From the NCBI GenBank assembly GCA_002633005.1, contig NMRA01000479.1, forward strand, positions 92,730-156,729: DNA of 64,000 nucleotides, in the 5' to 3' direction. The DNA comes from Phoronis australis. Its lineage: Eukaryota > Animalia > Phoronida. Under the pieces are notes generated by a model. That model made no database searches. It saw only the letters and a list, made by a program, of their open reading frames with translations, and was not told the origin of the DNA. Every line of letters starts with the position of its first letter. Position 1 is the first letter of the stretch. The translations under genes were made by a program, and so were the position numbers. Shown here one piece after another: positions 62,001-64,000 of this stretch.

Positions 62001-62543
62001 AAATGATGATGAAGTGATGTACTTGGTCCAATAGTCAACCAACATTTAAATGATGTAGGCTTATTTTTCATCTAATTCCATCTGCCAGACACATTTTGCC
62101 AGAAATCAGGAACAACCTGTTGAAAAATGAAGTTGCAAACTCTACTGCTTTTCATATACAGGCGTAAATATTATGAATGTGGAAGTTTAACAAATATCTT
62201 TAGCAATAGATCACAGAGACATAATAACCCTGAACTGATGTCATCTTGGGCCTTCCAGTACAGAAGATTTTGAATCAAAGTGTTATTGATATTACTCTTT
62301 TGTAACTAAGAGGATTATGCCAATACTATATCCCTAGTTGTCACTGCTTCACTAAAGTCTCTCATTAAAAACCTCAACATGAACAAATGACAGTAAGCCT
62401 ACCTGGCTTGTCAATAGAATAGTTGATGAGATCTGTCCACAACTCGCCGTCATTTTTTTCTTTACAAAAGTCAATGGCTTTGTTAACATCCTTTAGTTCA
62501 TTGGTGATCAGTTTAAGAGCTTGTTTGGAATCGCCCATTTTAT
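58958..62543 (-). CDS. VPS41: VPS41 (HOPS subunit), 3' part: five exons covering the CHCR end and RING-H2
   Basis: complement(join(58958-59023,59427-59506,60778-60919,61244-61380,62403-62543)): KMGDSKQALKLITNELKDVNKAIDFCKEKNDGELWTDLINYSIDKPDFIKGLMHNIGTDVDPIILIGKIREGMVIHGLRDSLVKILQDYNLQISLREGCCKILVAD...CQAC...FYCHHAFHEDCL...CVICNAQRRGPG; matches the remembered VPS41 C-terminus. Upstream exons lie in or beyond the gap. Confidence 0.95.
59427..59506 (-). CDS. VPS41: VPS41 RING-H2 exon
   Basis: NLRHASNVVIFYCHHAFHEDCLPAHDV; TTTTCAG acceptor, GTACGT donor. Confidence 0.92.
59723..60237. mobile_element. MITE with ~150-bp diverged TIRs in a VPS41 intron
   Basis: ATGAGTAAATACATTTCATGCTTTGCA..CTTCATCAGTGTGATGTCTTGC is mirrored by GCAAGACATCACACTGATGAAG..TGCAAAGCATGAAATGTATTCACTCAT. 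Confidence 0.8.
60778..60919 (-). CDS. VPS41: VPS41 exon
   Basis: ISLREGCCKILVADCVHLLERQVITQKRAMRVEDHTCQACRGKIIVN; TTGTAG acceptor, GTGAGT donor. Confidence 0.92.
61244..61380 (-). CDS. VPS41: VPS41 exon
   Basis: DFIKGLMHNIGTDVDP...LRDSLVKILQDYNLQ; TTCCCAG acceptor, GTATGT donor. Confidence 0.95.
61478..61614. repeat. 27-bp minisatellite x5
   Basis: AGGGAATTGACTCATCTTCATCAGTGC units. Confidence 0.95.
62403..62543 (-). CDS. VPS41: VPS41 exon
   Basis: KMGDSKQALKLITNELKDVNKAIDFCKEKNDGELWTDLINYSIDKP; CTTTCAG acceptor, GTAGGC donor. Confidence 0.93.
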
Positions 62544-62743
62544 CTGAAAGACAACAATATCACTATATGAAACAAGGTTTATATGCAAGACCAAAAATGC
62601 ATTCAATCAACCGTGTTTGAAAAAAGACAAAATACGTTTCTCAGTTTCATTTTTGATCTTAACCCTTATCCTGCTGAGCCTCTATTCAGACAACTTTCCC
62701 TGTGTGCTGAGCTAAGTAGGTCACCACTACTGCTGTGCACTAA

Positions 62744-63336
62744 GGGCTGTTCCAGCAAAATCGGTATGGGAGGGGGAGAAGGCACTTTTATTTCGTACCC
62801 ACCGCCCATATTTTTCATTTATTTCTCCAACCCATGATCCATAATTTTTTAATTATTTTTAATAGGTTAAAATATAAAATCCAACACTTGCAAACAAATT
62901 GCCTCCAGGAGGACCTGTTAAGAACTTAGATGATTGACAGACAAGAACTAGTTGTCTTGTCCAATATTGTCAAAAACTAAAGTAGCCTGTGATCAATACT
63001 TTTGGCAGCCACCAGGTGTCTCTGTCCACCATGTGTCTATAATTTCAATGAACATTTTTTCAAGTATAAGGATCTATGAATCTCAAACTGTGGCTTTTTG
63101 TATTGGGATAAGTTAGGATATATGCCAATTGCATTTTTTTGAGACGTAACAGCTGAAGTAACCAACCTGTCAACATTAACAAATGAGGTCAAAAAAATAC
63201 CACCCATTTTTAATGCCTCACTTCTTACAGGAACGACCACCCATAATTTGAGTTTTTTTCTGAAGACCACCACCCATGAATTTTTATTTCTATTGCCGTC
63301 CCCCCCCCTCCCACATGGATTTTACTGGAACAGCCC
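62744..63336. mobile_element. PIF/Harbinger (Tourist-like) MITE with TAA TSD
   Basis: TAA|GGGCTGTTCCAGCAAAATC ... GATTTTACTGGAACAGCCC|TAA. Confidence 0.85.
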
Positions 63337-63603
63337 TAAGCTGTTATGGAGGTCACCCAGACTAATGACCTAACAATTTTAAATTGGAAATTTGAAGGGG
63401 AAATATTAAATTAACAGAAAGGAAGTCAATACAAAACTTGTGCAGAATTTAATGGAGATTTTCACCATGTGTAAGTCTTTATCATAGCCTTGGTGAAAGT
63501 AAACTGATCCACTGTCATCCTCTCCCGTATGGCTCCAGCCATGTAATGAAACTATGTGTCTACACTTACATAAACCTGCCAATATCTCCCAAACTAGTAA
63601 TCA

Positions 63604-63984
63604 NNNNNNNNNNNNNNNNNNNNNNNNNNNNNNNNNNNNNNNNNNNNNNNNNNNNNNNNNNNNNNNNNNNNNNNNNNNNNNNNNNNNNNNNNNNNNNNNN
63701 NNNNNNNNNNNNNNNNNNNNNNNNNNNNNNNNNNNNNNNNNNNNNNNNNNNNNNNNNNNNNNNNNNNNNNNNNNNNNNNNNNNNNNNNNNNNNNNNNNNN
63801 NNNNNNNNNNNNNNNNNNNNNNNNNNNNNNNNNNNNNNNNNNNNNNNNNNNNNNNNNNNNNNNNNNNNNNNNNNNNNNNNNNNNNNNNNNNNNNNNNNNN
63901 NNNNNNNNNNNNNNNNNNNNNNNNNNNNNNNNNNNNNNNNNNNNNNNNNNNNNNNNNNNNNNNNNNNNNNNNNNNNNNNNNNNN
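63604..63984. other. Assembly gap (run of N)
   Basis: 381 consecutive N. Confidence 1.
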
Positions 63985-64000
63985 TGGTCACATATCTAAA

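Noticed and set aside
63566-63991. 141-aa ORF of X residues
   Set aside because: Artefact of the N gap.

Overview
AT-rich animal genomic DNA with GT-AG introns and dense repeats (marine invertebrate is my inference); it is not prokaryotic. Most short ORFs in the track are spurious. Four host genes are supported. (1) The last coding exon of eEF1B beta/delta (467-553, +). (2) An intronless 620-aa secreted LRR+Ig protein (7561-9423, +). (3) A 14-exon, ~919-aa gene (12712-56429, +) that I spliced by hand with consistent phases: N-myristoylation motif, EF-hand-like N-terminus, and a six-blade kelch propeller whose last blade is split by a ~450-aa low-complexity insert. (4) The last five exons of VPS41 (58958-62543, -), convergent with the kelch gene. 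Introns and intergenic DNA hold many DNA transposon relics: a Tip100-type hAT with an intron-containing transposase pseudogene, a TTAA-flanked element whose ~315-bp TIRs both contain the start of a THAP ORF, nested Helentron-like elements, and hAT/Harbinger/TA MITEs. There are also many minisatellites and an assembly gap at 63604-63984. All calls come from manual reading and remembered family motifs; no searches were run.
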